Made by a program: the position numbers and the translations under genes. From positions 62,001 through 126,000 of the forward strand of contig JALMLS010000315.1 of assembly GCA_038496445.1 (NCBI GenBank): 64,000 bases of DNA, given 5' to 3'. The stretch is from Trichosphaerium sp. ATCC 40318 (lineage: Eukaryota > Protista > Tubulinea). Positions within the stretch are counted from its first letter, which is position 1. Each line of letters begins with the position of its first letter. Below the pieces are notes generated by a model. That model ran no database searches. It had not been told where the DNA came from and saw only the letters and a list, made by a program, of their open reading frames with translations. Positions 1 through 12,168 of this stretch are shown piece after piece.

Positions 1-270
1 GATTTCGTAAAGATCATCCGGTAATTCGACAGAAGAAGCGAATGTCGGTTCAAGCCAAAGGTAGAAGGTTCTACCGTTGATGTTAGACACTCTGTACCTA
101 TAGACATCACTAGAACCGCCCATCTTGTCAATTGTCAACTGAACGAATGGATTTGCCAAGAATAATTGAATGTGGTTGACCCTCCTCGATTTGCTATTAT
201 CAACGGCCACACTGACAGTACTTTGTACAACTATTTTACGGGAGCCCTTAACCTTGAAGCAGCAATATTG
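1..270 (-). CDS. Partial hypothetical protein running off the left edge
   Basis: Stop-free minus-strand frame (RKIVVQSTVSVAVDNSKSRRVNHIQLFLANPFVQLTIDKMGGSSDVYRYRVSNINGRTFYLWLEPTFASSVELPDDLYEI) to position 1; no recognisable domain. Confidence 0.4.
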
Positions 271-512
271 TAATTACCAAGCAAAAAAATGGATTATCTG
301 TTTTGTCGATAATCAGTGTCAATTCCGTAGGCTTGTTGTTCTTCTTCAGTGTTATAAGGTTAAAGTACAACAAAGTACCGAGATAAGGTGACTGATAACA
401 ACAATGGAGGTTCTGCTAATTGTGATAGTATGAATAGTTGGTAAATTTCTGAAAGAAAAAAACGACTTAGCAGTGTTACACAAACTTATACAAACCAATT
501 GTAAGTACACCG

Positions 513-854
513 ATGACATCCATTTACGTAGTATTTCTCTATATAGACTACAGAAAGGACGTAACAATAAAACACTTGAAGGCATTCGGAGATAGAACAA
601 AGGCAATTCAGTTTGCACAAAAATTCAGTGAGAAAGCGGACAATGATGACGAAACATACCTTCCACCAGGCGCTATTGTTCAACCTGTAGCACCTCCTGA
701 GCCTAAACGAGCTGCATACGTTACAATTGACGACTTAGAGTTTGACGAGCCAACTGGAGGATCAAAACGATGTAAAACTGCTTTTCAAGGTACAAGCGGT
801 GAATACAGCTCATACAAAGCGCGTATTGGCGTTAAAAAAATACCTTTCGAATAA
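513..854 (+). CDS. Intronless 113-aa hypothetical protein
   Basis: ATG-to-stop ORF with natural globular composition; AATAAA overlaps the stop. Confidence 0.6.
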   Translation: MTSIYVVFLYIDYRKDVTIKHLKAFGDRTKAIQFAQKFSEKADNDDETYLPPGAIVQPVAPPEPKRAAYVTIDDLEFDEPTGGSKRCKTAFQGTSGEYSSYKARIGVKKIPFE

Positions 855-1021
855 AACCTGCCTATAACGTATCATCATGCTTCGTTGTAGCGAAGCGCGT
901 ACGGTACGGGTTTCCTAGAAACCTCAGAACAATACAATCTTGTTTACATTAGTTGACCATCTGCGTTCAGTACCGCGCTTTCTTTCAAGTAGAAAAACAT
1001 TTTCGGACCAGTATTGCACTC

Positions 1022-2900
1022 ATGTCTCGCAATCCTTCTCTAGATAAACTACAAAACCCAGAAGAAGCAACAAAGGCACCTTTTTTAAACCAAAACAGTA
1101 CCTGTTCATAATTAACACGTGACGAACGTTAGGTCATATCGTGGATGTGTAATGGGCCTGTTCCTGAGCCGAACATATCGAATACTGATACAGTAATAGT
1201 AAAAAGTGATAATGTGAAAGAGGTAACGTTCTACAGTGCTCTCTTGGAAGGTTTTAACGTAAGACATAGCTACATAATTTATTAACGTGCCACAGAGAAA
1301 TAACAGGAGCTGTTGCTCAATCAGCTCTTATTTGGCGTATAGTTTGTACATTAACTCTTCCTGGAGGTGATACGTATCTCAATTTCCTTAAAAGCATCTG
1401 TGAGGATATATACGTACGAATACACAGTTCGCTGCATTACGTTAATACTAGATATCCAGACTCCAGTTCTGGTTTTCGCACCAACGGAAAAAATTGATGA
1501 AGTCAAAAAAAAATTAGTGCACGTGATAAAGAAATAATTTAACCTTACACGTCTGAGAACCTCAACAACATTTACCGTATAATATTATCACCTTACACAT
1601 ATTTAAGGTCATTTCCTAATTGCCCATTTGTAGTTACTTCAGATAAAGCAGTGTTAGAAAGGCAAGTCAAGAGTGAAGTTTATTCAATTCTAAGATTTAA
1701 CAGGTTTTGTTCATTTGAAAGTGTTATATGGATATCATCGCCTCAGCATACAGTTCCTACCGTAAGTTTTGTTCTTGGTTTAACACTTGCTAAAGCAATG
1801 TTCCTTTTCTTTAAGAATATAGCGCTATCAATTAGAGATACTGGTGTGGCAGTTGCTGAGAACAAAGATGATGATTGTGATGAGTTTATTACAAGTAGCA
1901 TTTACGATTCAATAGGAAGAATCAAGAAGGCACCAGTATGTAAAATAGTAGTAGATACACGTACGCTTACACATTGTTGCAATAAATAAAGAAATAATAT
2001 ATTAACTTTAGAGCATGTTGACGAAGAAGAATTGGAACTAGTCGTATGTCTTCATAAATTTTTTTTTTTTTGGAATAAATCAAAGTGAATTGACCCTACT
2101 AGTACGAAAATATTGATACAGCACTTCATGAAGCCTTCTTGGAAGTACCTGTTCTAATATACGGTATATCTGAGAAACCAAGCTCAATTGAGTACGAACA
2201 TGTGGAGGTACAAGCAGTATAGTTCCTTGTATTAAGTACTGACTGTCTTAAGTGTACAGAAGACATTTCTCGCCTTGTTTCGTTTGCCATAGAACCTTTC
2301 AAGTCAAGTGCGAAGGCTACTATAGCATCAAGTGTTTTTAAAGCGGCTTCGAAGGCTATAGTTGACATCAAAGGCAAAGTTGTTTTATCACACTATTTGC
2401 TCAAAACACCACAAAAGTTAAAGCCTATGAATCTTGTTTTTCAGTTGAATGTTGATGGCATTGACAGCAAAAGAGTTCAGTATAAGTCATCTAAAACAAG
2501 GACTAGAACAGACAAAATACTTCTTAACAAAACAAAAATACAATGGTACACCACAACCACCTTCACAACTCACGTGATAAACTTTTTTTGCAGTAAATAT
2601 CATGAAGCTTCAGTTGTAACTCTTTGTATATCTGAAAGAAGGTAAGTTTTTTGTTTTTAAAACAACGTGTATTTTATCACGTGATACAACTAAAGATGAT
2701 AGCTTTATTGGATATGATAAAGTTCTGGGTGCAGCTACAGTAGATATGATGAGTAAAACAGTACAATCTTTAACATTAAAAGTACCTGAAGGAAGGAAAC
2801 AACATGACACTGTACGACCAATATATTTAAGGTATCTAATTTGTTAACCTTTTCCTTTTGATAGTATGCAGATGGGACACTGGTAATCGCTGTTGAATAA
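1022..2900 (+). CDS. Multi-exon hypothetical protein, possible C-terminal C2-like domain
   Basis: MSRNPSLDKLQNPEE start; GT-AG-bounded coding-like exons; C-terminal VVTLCISE..DDSFIGYDKVLGAATVDMM resembles a C2 domain. Confidence 0.4.
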
Positions 2901-3275
2901 AACAATGAGTAATTTGAGGATAAACCAAATAAACATCATAAATTGAAACGTAAATTAAAGTGCACCATGCGATTTTTTCAATAATATGTTTTTGCCATAA
3001 CATTATGCTTATCTCCGCTAAAAGCTACTTCTGTAAATCTATTGAATGCACACGTTTTTTGTTGATTTATACCATAATGTTAACACCTTTAAGTACCATC
3101 ATTTAAAAACTCGGATTTCGCTTGTAACATCTATTTTTTTGTACAAACAAAATCCAAAATGATGACGAGGAAAACTAAAAAAAAAAGGAAATTTAGCGAA
3201 ATTTCATTTAGCAGTTTTTTGATTAAAAATTGTGGCGCGTAGTTTGACCAACCCAACCCAAACGATTAAAACACG

Positions 3276-4275
3276 ATGACAACAGAAGAAGATAATATGC
3301 TTAAGCTATACTCAGTGGCAACACCAAACGGACAAAAAGTAGGCATAGCACTAAAAGAAATGGGTATTCCATTCATAGGTAACAAACAACACGCCAAAAC
3401 ACATTTTGGTGAAAAAGCGCACCGTTTTAAAAATAACCACTCGGTTGCTTCAACTCCCTCTTACTATTTTTTCAAGGCCATAGAGTTCATGTTGGCCGTG
3501 GAGAGCAGTATAAACCGGAATTCTTAAAAAAGAACCCGAATCACAAAATTCCAGTTATAATCGACCCGAATCTACCAGGTATGTACTTTTCTACGCGCAT
3601 TGTATTGTTTACGGATGTTTTAAACTATTTTGTGTCTAAAACGATAAAAACAGCATTTTTAGGTTCGTAGTTTGTATTCCGTATCCTTGACACTCTTTTA
3701 GATGGTCCAGAAGTAAAATTATACGAGTCTGGAGCGATTATGCTTTATTTAGCTGAAAAATCCGGAAAATTCCTTTCACAAGATCCAGTAAAGCGAAGCG
3801 ACACAATCAAGTGGTTATTTTGGCAAAACTCTCAGATGGGTCCAATATTCGGTGAGTTTCATAATTCCTCTTGGTTATTCACTTACTTTATTTTGCGATT
3901 CCAGCTCAATTTGTTCACTTTGTTACTTTCGCCAAAGAGAGAAAAGAGTACAGTATAGCTCGTTTTGGCAAGGAGACTCACCGGATTCTTGGTGTCTTGG
4001 ATAATCACCTTAAAGGTAGAAGGTATATAGTAGGTGATGAGTACTCTATTGCTGATATGTCGGTCATCCCGTGGTTGAACACAATGTCACTTAAGTATGG
4101 AAAAAAAAAAACCAATACAATCTGTTGTTTGTACTTACGTTGCTTAAGGCTCAAGAGAGTATTACAGAAAGAAACAGACAAAGGATGGGAATATCCAAAC
4201 ATAGACTCGTTCCTTGATCGTGTAATGGAGCGCCCAGAGACTCTTGAAGGCATCAGAGTATTGCCTTTCACTTAA
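3276..4275 (+). CDS. Glutathione S-transferase, Nu/Ure2-like class (YfcG/YghU-like)
   Basis: LYSVATPNGQKV (TPNG), NPNHKIPVIID, YESGAIMLYLAEK, WLFWQNSQMGP, YSIADM across 5 exons. Confidence 0.92.
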
Positions 4276-4472
4276 GTCACAACAGCCTTAAAATTTGTAC
4301 AGTTTGGTAAAAATCTGATGTTAAGTATTTGTGGGGCGTAACCTTGTCTAGTCATAGCCTCAATAAAAGCACCTTTTTATTTGTTTTTGTGAGCTACTGC
4401 TCCTTTGATTTAAAAGGTCATACAGAAAGGGTGAATAACATATGAAGTGACAAGTTATTTAATCAAGTATTG

Positions 4473-7400
4473 CTATTCCATGTTGGCTTGCATGTACCAG
4501 TAATTTTGTGTTGTCACCATGCTATAGAAATTAACAGCGGTGTGTTCTATACGCTTATCATGAATATCTATTATGAGCGCTAAACCCGGTGATTCAACAC
4601 AAAACTTGTGAAAACCTGGCATCTTTGAAAGTAACAATCCACCTCTAAAGCAAGAAAAGTAAGCTCTTGAAGGTTGTACCACCTCCATTAAAACATTCAC
4701 TTTAAAAAATTTTACCTTACGACATCATAAGGATCCTGCAATGAGTTTCTGATATTAAACGAAATGCCAGCCTTAAAAAACAATCAGTTTGAACGCAACA
4801 TTTTATGGATGTGACAGAAAAAAAAAAACGTTTACTTTTTTGAGATCTTGGGTTAGGCTGCTTCTCATTTCGCTGGTGATACCTCTGCCTATATAGATGT
4901 TATACATAGTAGGTTATATCAAAAGGATTTAACTCGTTACCTGAAAGGACTATCGCATTCCACAATTCTTCCTGAATTGATGATGCACATTTTTCTATTG
5001 CAGATTTAACAGCATTGGCATAATCTTCTCCCACTATTATTACAACTGCATCTTTAATAACGGCTCCACAATACACTAAATGGTGTTACTAAAAAAAGTT
5101 CCACAGATTACTTACCTGGTGCTACACACCGGACTTCGTGACCAAGAGATATGACAACACCTACATATTATTAAACATCTTTTTTTTTTTAGTTCAAGGC
5201 CAAAAGCACCATTTGTCAATCCATGATTTAGAAGTATGAGTGTGGCCGCATTAGCTATAGATATACTAGGAATATTACAAGTAATAAATAGGATATTCTT
5301 TATAGCCATTTTGTGTTTCTTCGACCAACCTAAATGAAGAGAGTAAGCATATTTGGTTAGTAACTTTTTCGTGTTTGTTTACCGGTTGGTGGCTCGGCAA
5401 TCAATAATGGATGATGGTTAGGTACTCTTTTCCATTCACAAAACATGCCAGCGATAAATTCTGGTAGTGTAGAGCTTTCAAAAACAAAACGTTAACAAAC
5501 AAGCAAGTTTTGGTTTTGATAAAAAAATCACACCCATCAACAACGTTTCCTTCTTTGGTGGTCCTAATAATAATTATTATTATGACTTTATAATAGGAAC
5601 CTTATTTTTAAAAAGGTGTCCATCTTGCCAGTTTTTTGAGGAAGGTAGAGGAGAGCCGTAAATATTTATCTCAGTTTTTTCCAAAAAAAATAAGAATGAA
5701 TCAGACTTCACGTGCCTGTGTTGAATTTCTTTTGGATGGTTTTGCTCAATATCTTCTCCTATATAGTATCTACTCCATTTTATCCTACGTGTGTGCAAAT
5801 CAAATATACTAGTACCAGTGAATTAGACAAAACATCTTTTCAAAAAAAAACTAGGAAAAGAAGTGCAATAAAAAACTGTACCGTGGCGCTTTTGCTACAA
5901 TTGCTTTTATTTCTTGGAATTGCTCTCTATCAGTTCTAGTTGTGCATAAACCACCTTTGATAGAATAGCTTCCAAGATCAAATACAGCTACAACAAGAAA
6001 AATAAATAACAAGCAACAATACAATTTCTGTACCAAATTCAAGGCCCTTGCTTTTGCTCAGACCTTCAACAATACTGCGTTGCTTGTAGACACTATACCA
6101 ATCTTTCACTGCAGGTTCAATCTAAACCAGTTAACATAAAGACCATTCAAAAGATCCGTGTGAGTACTTTAAGTTGCCCTTTAGCATTTATTGCTCTCAA
6201 ACCACCTACTGCATTATTCCATCTCTTCTTGTATTTATCACTCCATATACTGCCATCCCTTGCAATAATATAGTACACCTTGTACAAGTTTAGCAATAGT
6301 ATAAAATAAAGAAGTATAAAATAGCTAATACCCTTGAAGTAGCAAATACTGAAACAACTTCTTTCGGAGAAAGATATTCAAAGATCATACAATATAATTC
6401 TATGGGCAGAGGTAAACTATCAAGTTGTTCAAAGTCTATCATTTATCATAAGTATGTAAGGCAAGCTATTAAAAATAAGGTAGTAGCAGTATTAGTACCA
6501 GAAACATCAATGGCTTCATGTTGAAGTTTTATTGCTTTTCTGTAAGTTTCAATAAATCCTTTTGTGTCTCCTGCTTCTTCAAGATCATATGCCTATAACT
6601 TGTTTATTCTCGAGTCTCCCAGATATATTTCGTTCATACCTTGTTGTAATAGAAAACTGTCTTCAAATAACCTGGATCTTTTGTAAATCTATTGGACAAG
6701 GACGTGGCAGATTGGTCAACACGCATAAACATAATTTCCGTTCTGAAAATATATTTCACACCCTAAAAAAAAAAGTCACGTTGGTTACCACATAACTAAG
6801 ACGCTTGGGCGTTTTTTGTTTACGAATGTGTACCTTAATAACAGGATCTCCTTGATGTAATACATTGTGATTAAACACAAGTGCAGTACCTGCTTTAGGG
6901 CTAACTTTGACTGCTTCTTCATCACCATCATAAAACACAGTATTTCCCCCTTTTGAAGAATTGTTAACCCAGTTCTCAAATAAAGTACCAACCTTCGAAA
7001 TCATCGTTCAGGTAGACAACAACAGTAAAAACACTGCACTCGTCATGACGAGGAACCCAAGGGCCATCGATATGCTTGTTAAATGACCCACCTTTAGTGT
7101 ATTTTCCAAACTAATAAAAAAAGAAATTAAAACAAAGTCAATTGTAACCATTCTACCTTAAAACACTCGTTCAACCGAGATGGACGCCATAAACCACCAT
7201 TACCGAATCCCATTGGGCGAATTTGAACATCAGATCTGGTTAAAGTGCCCTGTAAAAAGTAAGGAAGTTAAGTTACGAATAAGCAAGAAAAACCAGAAAG
7301 CATAATTTAGTTAAATGACGTGACCACAACGTACTTCCAATCGTTTCCAAAGACTATTTGCTAAACTGTCAGATAGTATAATAAGCTGTTCATTGGATCT

Positions 7401-8478
7401 ATAGTCTTTAGGAAACTGTTTCTTCAAAGATTTCCAACCAATCTTCTCACACTTGTTTATGTAATAATCACACTCAGTCTTAGACATAATACCATCCACA
7501 GTGAAGCACTTTGCACCAGGTACTTTAAGAGATCTACGCTTTACTGTTGCCGGTTGTAAAAGAGATGCTGGAGTTTTTATACGCTTATACTTATTGCCAG
7601 AAGTAACAACCATGTCTTCAACAGTTATGTCCTTACAACACAACTTTTAATGAAATGCGAACAAAAAACCAATCAAAACAAAACTATACCTCTTCTAGTA
7701 CAGGAGGGTTTAAGAGTATTTCTCCAACAGTCTTCAGTTCATCTCCTTGTGGAATCCTATCAAAGAAAAAGGAGTAAATAAACGAACAAGCTCACAAGCA
7801 CACTCTGTTTTAAATCCAACATTAATTTTTGTTTCATCGACTTTTAGTCCTGATAGCTATTTAACGTACTGTTGGAGAGGTAACTGCCAAACGTGATACT
7901 TTCTACTGGATGCATTTGAACCTTCAAAAAATTAAACAACTTCTATTAACAACAACAAGCTTACCAGCTTTACGCAACAAACGCAGTGCATCCCATTGCT
8001 TTGCCAAGCATGCAACTATAATTATATTCAGTACTTTATTCAATATACTGTCACGTGCTTTCAAAAGGAAAAGGCCATAAACTCGAATGTAAATTGATAT
8101 CGGCACCACAACCAATAAGATAATCGATTACTTCTACATTGCCCTAAATTGCAGAAAAAAACTTGTTAGCTGTTTCTCGTTAACAGCGCATCAAATGCTT
8201 TTAAATTGACTCTCACCAGAGCACTTGCTATGTGAAGTAGCGTTGGGCACTGTTTGTCTTGCTTGTAGTCCAGTTTTAGCAAAGTACGGAGTTTGTTGTA
8301 TGCCGCTGGAAGACACGGATATGGCTGTATGTTTTTGGGCGTTACAACGCTGTTTACGCCATCTACATCGAAACTTAATGGTAGAAAACAAAAGAGACAC
8401 CACAGTACGTTTATTAACCCAAACAGTAGCTAAATCCACCGTAAATTTATCTAGCGGCTTTGAAGTAGCACTTCCCAT
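4473..8478 (-). CDS. Multidomain protein: N-myristoylation motif, ankyrin repeats, 2OG-Fe(II) oxygenase (P4H-like), F-box, divergent actin-like domain
   Basis: Phase-consistent exons: MGSATSK; TLLHIASALGNVEVIDYLIGCGADIN; FNKHIDG..VVYLNDDFEGG.T.F..LVFNHNVLHQGDPVIKGVKYIFRTEIMF; LPLPIELYCMIFEYLSPKEVV; AVFDLGSYSIKGG, HPLLIAEP, GVVISLGHEVRCVAPV, EELWNAIVLSG, VRGGLLLS. Confidence 0.85.
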
Positions 8479-8584
8479 TTTAAACGTACGCCGTTACCGT
8501 TGTCGAAAGTAACAGTCTTAAACAGCAACAATAACAGTACAATTAGCAGGCTTTAAGGCCAAGTAGTACGTTTAACTTCTAGGG

Positions 8585-8970
8585 TATATGCAAATTCCCA
8601 GCCAAATATCCACCCAAATTCTCCTACGCTTTTATCGCTTATTCTAATTGTAATGGGCCTGTGGCTTGACTGCGTAAATGACCCTGATTTTGATTTTAGC
8701 AGCATATTTGTAATTGCATCAAGACCTGACAGTTGTGGCAACAGACCAGAAACAATGAACGTTGGTATGGTGCTTGGTATTACTTTTGGTGTTCTTTCCT
8801 TGGTATGTTATTTTGTTTTTGGTGTGGTAGCAATTGTTGACTTGGTGATAGGTAGTCATTGGTCTTCTTGTTATTTTCTTTGTTCCAAGGTTTGAGACAT
8901 GCAATTGAACCATACTTTACATAAAGCAACATTTCTTCTATGCGCATTGTAACAAACAACAAGATTTAAG
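8585..8970 (+). pseudogene. Possible remnant of a single-pass membrane protein C-terminus
   Basis: Cys-containing segment then VGMVLGITFGVLSL|VVIGLLVIFFVP TM segment; frame disruptions and no upstream exons. Confidence 0.3.
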
Positions 8971-8992
8971 GCTCTTTGTTCATTTTAAATAA

Positions 8993-9216
8993 CCATTTAA
9001 TTGCTCGTTTTGTCACATCCCTATCGTACCATCGGCTCCTCTTAACAACATGATTTGTAAGCATCCTCTTTGCGCAAATGCAGCATTGGAACATGTGTTG
9101 AGGAGCAAATGTAACAAAACACACATTTATTGTCTGTGTTACTTTGAACTGCCATTTAATTTCTCGTTTTTTCACATCTATCGTACCATCGGCTCCTCAC
9201 AACAACACCTGATTTG
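8993..9216. repeat. Imperfect ~65-bp direct repeat, two copies, period 159 bp
   Basis: ccatttaattKctcgtttt.tcacatc..tatcgtaccatcggctcctc..aacaaca..tgatttg at 8993 and 9152. Confidence 0.9.
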
Positions 9217-9440
9217 AGGGAAGCTATCCCATGGCTTGTTTTACGGACCGGTTTGTTCAGCCATTATCTCTTGGAACCTTAAGACTAACTGTAACATTAC
9301 AAAGATGTTGTGGTTTGGCAATGAGCCAAAAGTCCGGGTTTGAAGCATAATTATAGTTGGTTGTCTGACTTGCTTTTTTTGGCGTTAAAGTCAAAAAAAT
9401 GTCAACTAGCCTGGCCTAGTGTCATTATCACTTTCGAAAC

Positions 9441-11547
9441 ATGGAGTACACGCGTGTTTTTCTGGTCCTTCTTCTTGCTGTAGTTACAGCTAGAACAGCC
9501 TTTGATTTTAACACTAATTCTGCGTCACTTCGAGCTGGCGCTGCTAAAGTGAATGCTACGATGCCTATCGGTGTACCTCTTGGTACGTAATTAACTTTTA
9601 GCATTTTTCCTGACACTTTTCTCTAGCTGGATACGTGCGTTCAAACATTAGAACCGTAGCCCTTATTAGCCTCCCTAGGGTGACCGTAGGGTAGAGTTTT
9701 GGCCTATACCGGATATTCTCCCTTACAGTAATTTTATGACTGGAAAGTACGGTCACGTGCTAAATGTTGTCCAAAACAATGTTTTTCTTCTTGTAGACGC
9801 ACATGCGCAATACTAAAACTGTGTTTATAGCGTTGGTCACATTGAACCTATTTGGGTCAAGGCTATTGTTATAGATGATGGTAAAGAAAAGCTTGCGTTC
9901 GTAACTATGGACGGAATAGGGTAATACATCTTTGTAGTCAAGAGAAACTGTTTTTTCAAATTTTAATGTTCTTCTTCAGAGCGGATGGTAACTTAGTAGA
10001 TATGGCTTGGAATATGGCCACCGATGATGGATTCACCGTACCGTTTTCAAACGTGATACTGTCTGCGTCTCATACGCATAGTGGCCCTGGTTTGTTCAAC
10101 AAAAACAATTTTGTTTTTTAACATTTTTTACAGGCGCAATCTCTCCTGAATTTCTGTGGTCTATAGCTCCTGCTACCGATCTTATGGTACCAGAGATACA
10201 AAGGATGTTTGCAGGATGTATTGCCGAAGCTATGGTACTTTATCGCCATGACAATGAAACCAGTTAGTCTGAACTAACTCGGCTAGGTAAAAGCTGAACA
10301 AAACCTTCAGGACGCAATGCTCGGCATTACAGTTGCCAATCTAACAGGCGTAACACGTAACAGACGCGCGAAGATTAGTAAATATGTCAATGTTGACACT
10401 ATCGATCCAAATCTGGCAGTGATTCGAGTGGACGATATGAAAGGTGGTGTCATTGGTACCGGTACGTAATAACAATTTTATATTGAACTTCAGTGTCTTA
10501 AACGCCTTTACCTTTAGTATGGAATTTTGCTATTCATGGTACTTGCTATGGTCCTAGTAATTTGAAATTTTCTGGAGATATAATGGGACACACAAATACA
10601 CTCATTGAGCAAAACATTGGTACGGTTCAATAAAATATATCAAACTCCTAAGTTTGCGATTCTTACTTTTTTCTTAAAGGTGGTGTATCGCTTTTTATCA
10701 ATGCAGATGCTGGAGATATTGATCCAAGTACGTTTAATGATACTTAATAATACTTATAGATCAACGTAGCTTCCGAATCATGTGCACAAGAGCCAAATTT
10801 TTCAGGATCAACAACAATTATGAACAAAGTTGTTCAAGTCCGAAACAGCATTAAAACATCTTCAATCGTTGCCCTCACAGCATACTCTGAGAATGTACCT
10901 TTCGGTTCAACCAACTTGAACGTTACACTAGAACGTTTTGCGAATTGCACAACAGGTACGCAATTCCGCATCAACAAGCATCCTAATGATCGTAATTTAT
11001 TTAGGAGGAGCATTGGATATATGCTCACTCTGCAAAGTCTTGGGTTGTGATATTAACGCTCACCTGGGTGATGCGTGGATAGAAAACAAACCTAAATTCA
11101 CAGCATTCAAAATAGTAGTTGATGATGTTTCAACTGTTGTTGTTACAGTCCCTGGTAAGGCACCTTTTGTTAAGACTTTTTCTGGCTTAGTTTTTTTTTT
11201 TTACCTTAAAGGTGAGGCTTTGATTGAGCTTGGTTGGCAAATTCGTAACGACACAGAAAAGCTTGGGTTTGATCAAACATTGTTCGCTGGATATAGTACG
11301 CCTTGTTAACACGTTTAGAGTAACTTTTGCTTACATCTTGTCAAAAGGTAACGCTCACATGGGATACTTTGCGACAGCAAATGAATACGAAATTGGCGGC
11401 TATGAGTCTCAGCTTACTTTGTGGGGTACTTTTAAAACACGTGTTGTACGATCGGCTAATATGTCTTTAATAGGTATAGACACTGCTAATATGATTCGCA
11501 ATGGTGCTTACAAAGTAGCTTCAAAGATATCCCAAATGTCTCCTTGA
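9441..11547 (+). CDS. Secreted neutral/alkaline ceramidase family protein
   Basis: Signal peptide, LRAGAAKVNATMPIGVPLAGY, ILSASHTHSGP, WNFAIHGTC, TVPGE, GYSNAHMGYFATANEYEIGGYES. Confidence 0.88.
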
Positions 11548-12168
11548 GAATTTTGTGACAGTTATTCCTACTTTTTTCTTTGTCCAAAGAAATTTATCAT
11601 TTCTATTTGTAAGGCTGTTTAATGAATTGACTCATATGTTCCTTATTCATGCTAATTTGCTATCAATTTGCCGTCTTCATCCCATGCTTTACACTCTCCA
11701 ATTTGTTTACCAAAAACATAGTTTCTTAGAAAGTTCAACTGACCATTAGAACACCACATATTGCTCTCTCCTTTTGACCATTGACATAATACTCAAGGTT
11801 CCATAATTAACCATTAGAAACACCTCTTGTAATCTCCTTTGAAGCAATCCTCCAGTGTAATAACATTGCATTTCCATTTGTCCATGTAAGCATGATCCAA
11901 CCTGTTGATGCTTCAATTGTGCTACAACACTTAGGTCAAGTAGTAACCAATGCTCACTCGGTAGAATTTATCAAAAACAAATCTTTTGTTGTTGAGCACT
12001 GAGTTTGGAAACTACTACAAATTAATTTATATTAGTGTTTTAGATAATACTACACTCCAGTTTCTGTTGTTTTAAGTTTAACTGAACCGGTTGAGGTTAA
12101 GTCACATGATTGGTAAGTTTGTTCAGTACAAAATGATTTTACAATATTGCTTCGAAATTCGATTTCTC

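Noticed and set aside
8993-9216. CRISPR array
   Set aside because: Only two imperfect copies, eukaryotic context, no cas genes
11600-12165. Extra 3' exons of the EF-hand-IPK gene
   Set aside because: Could not build a phase-consistent stop-free model; left unassigned
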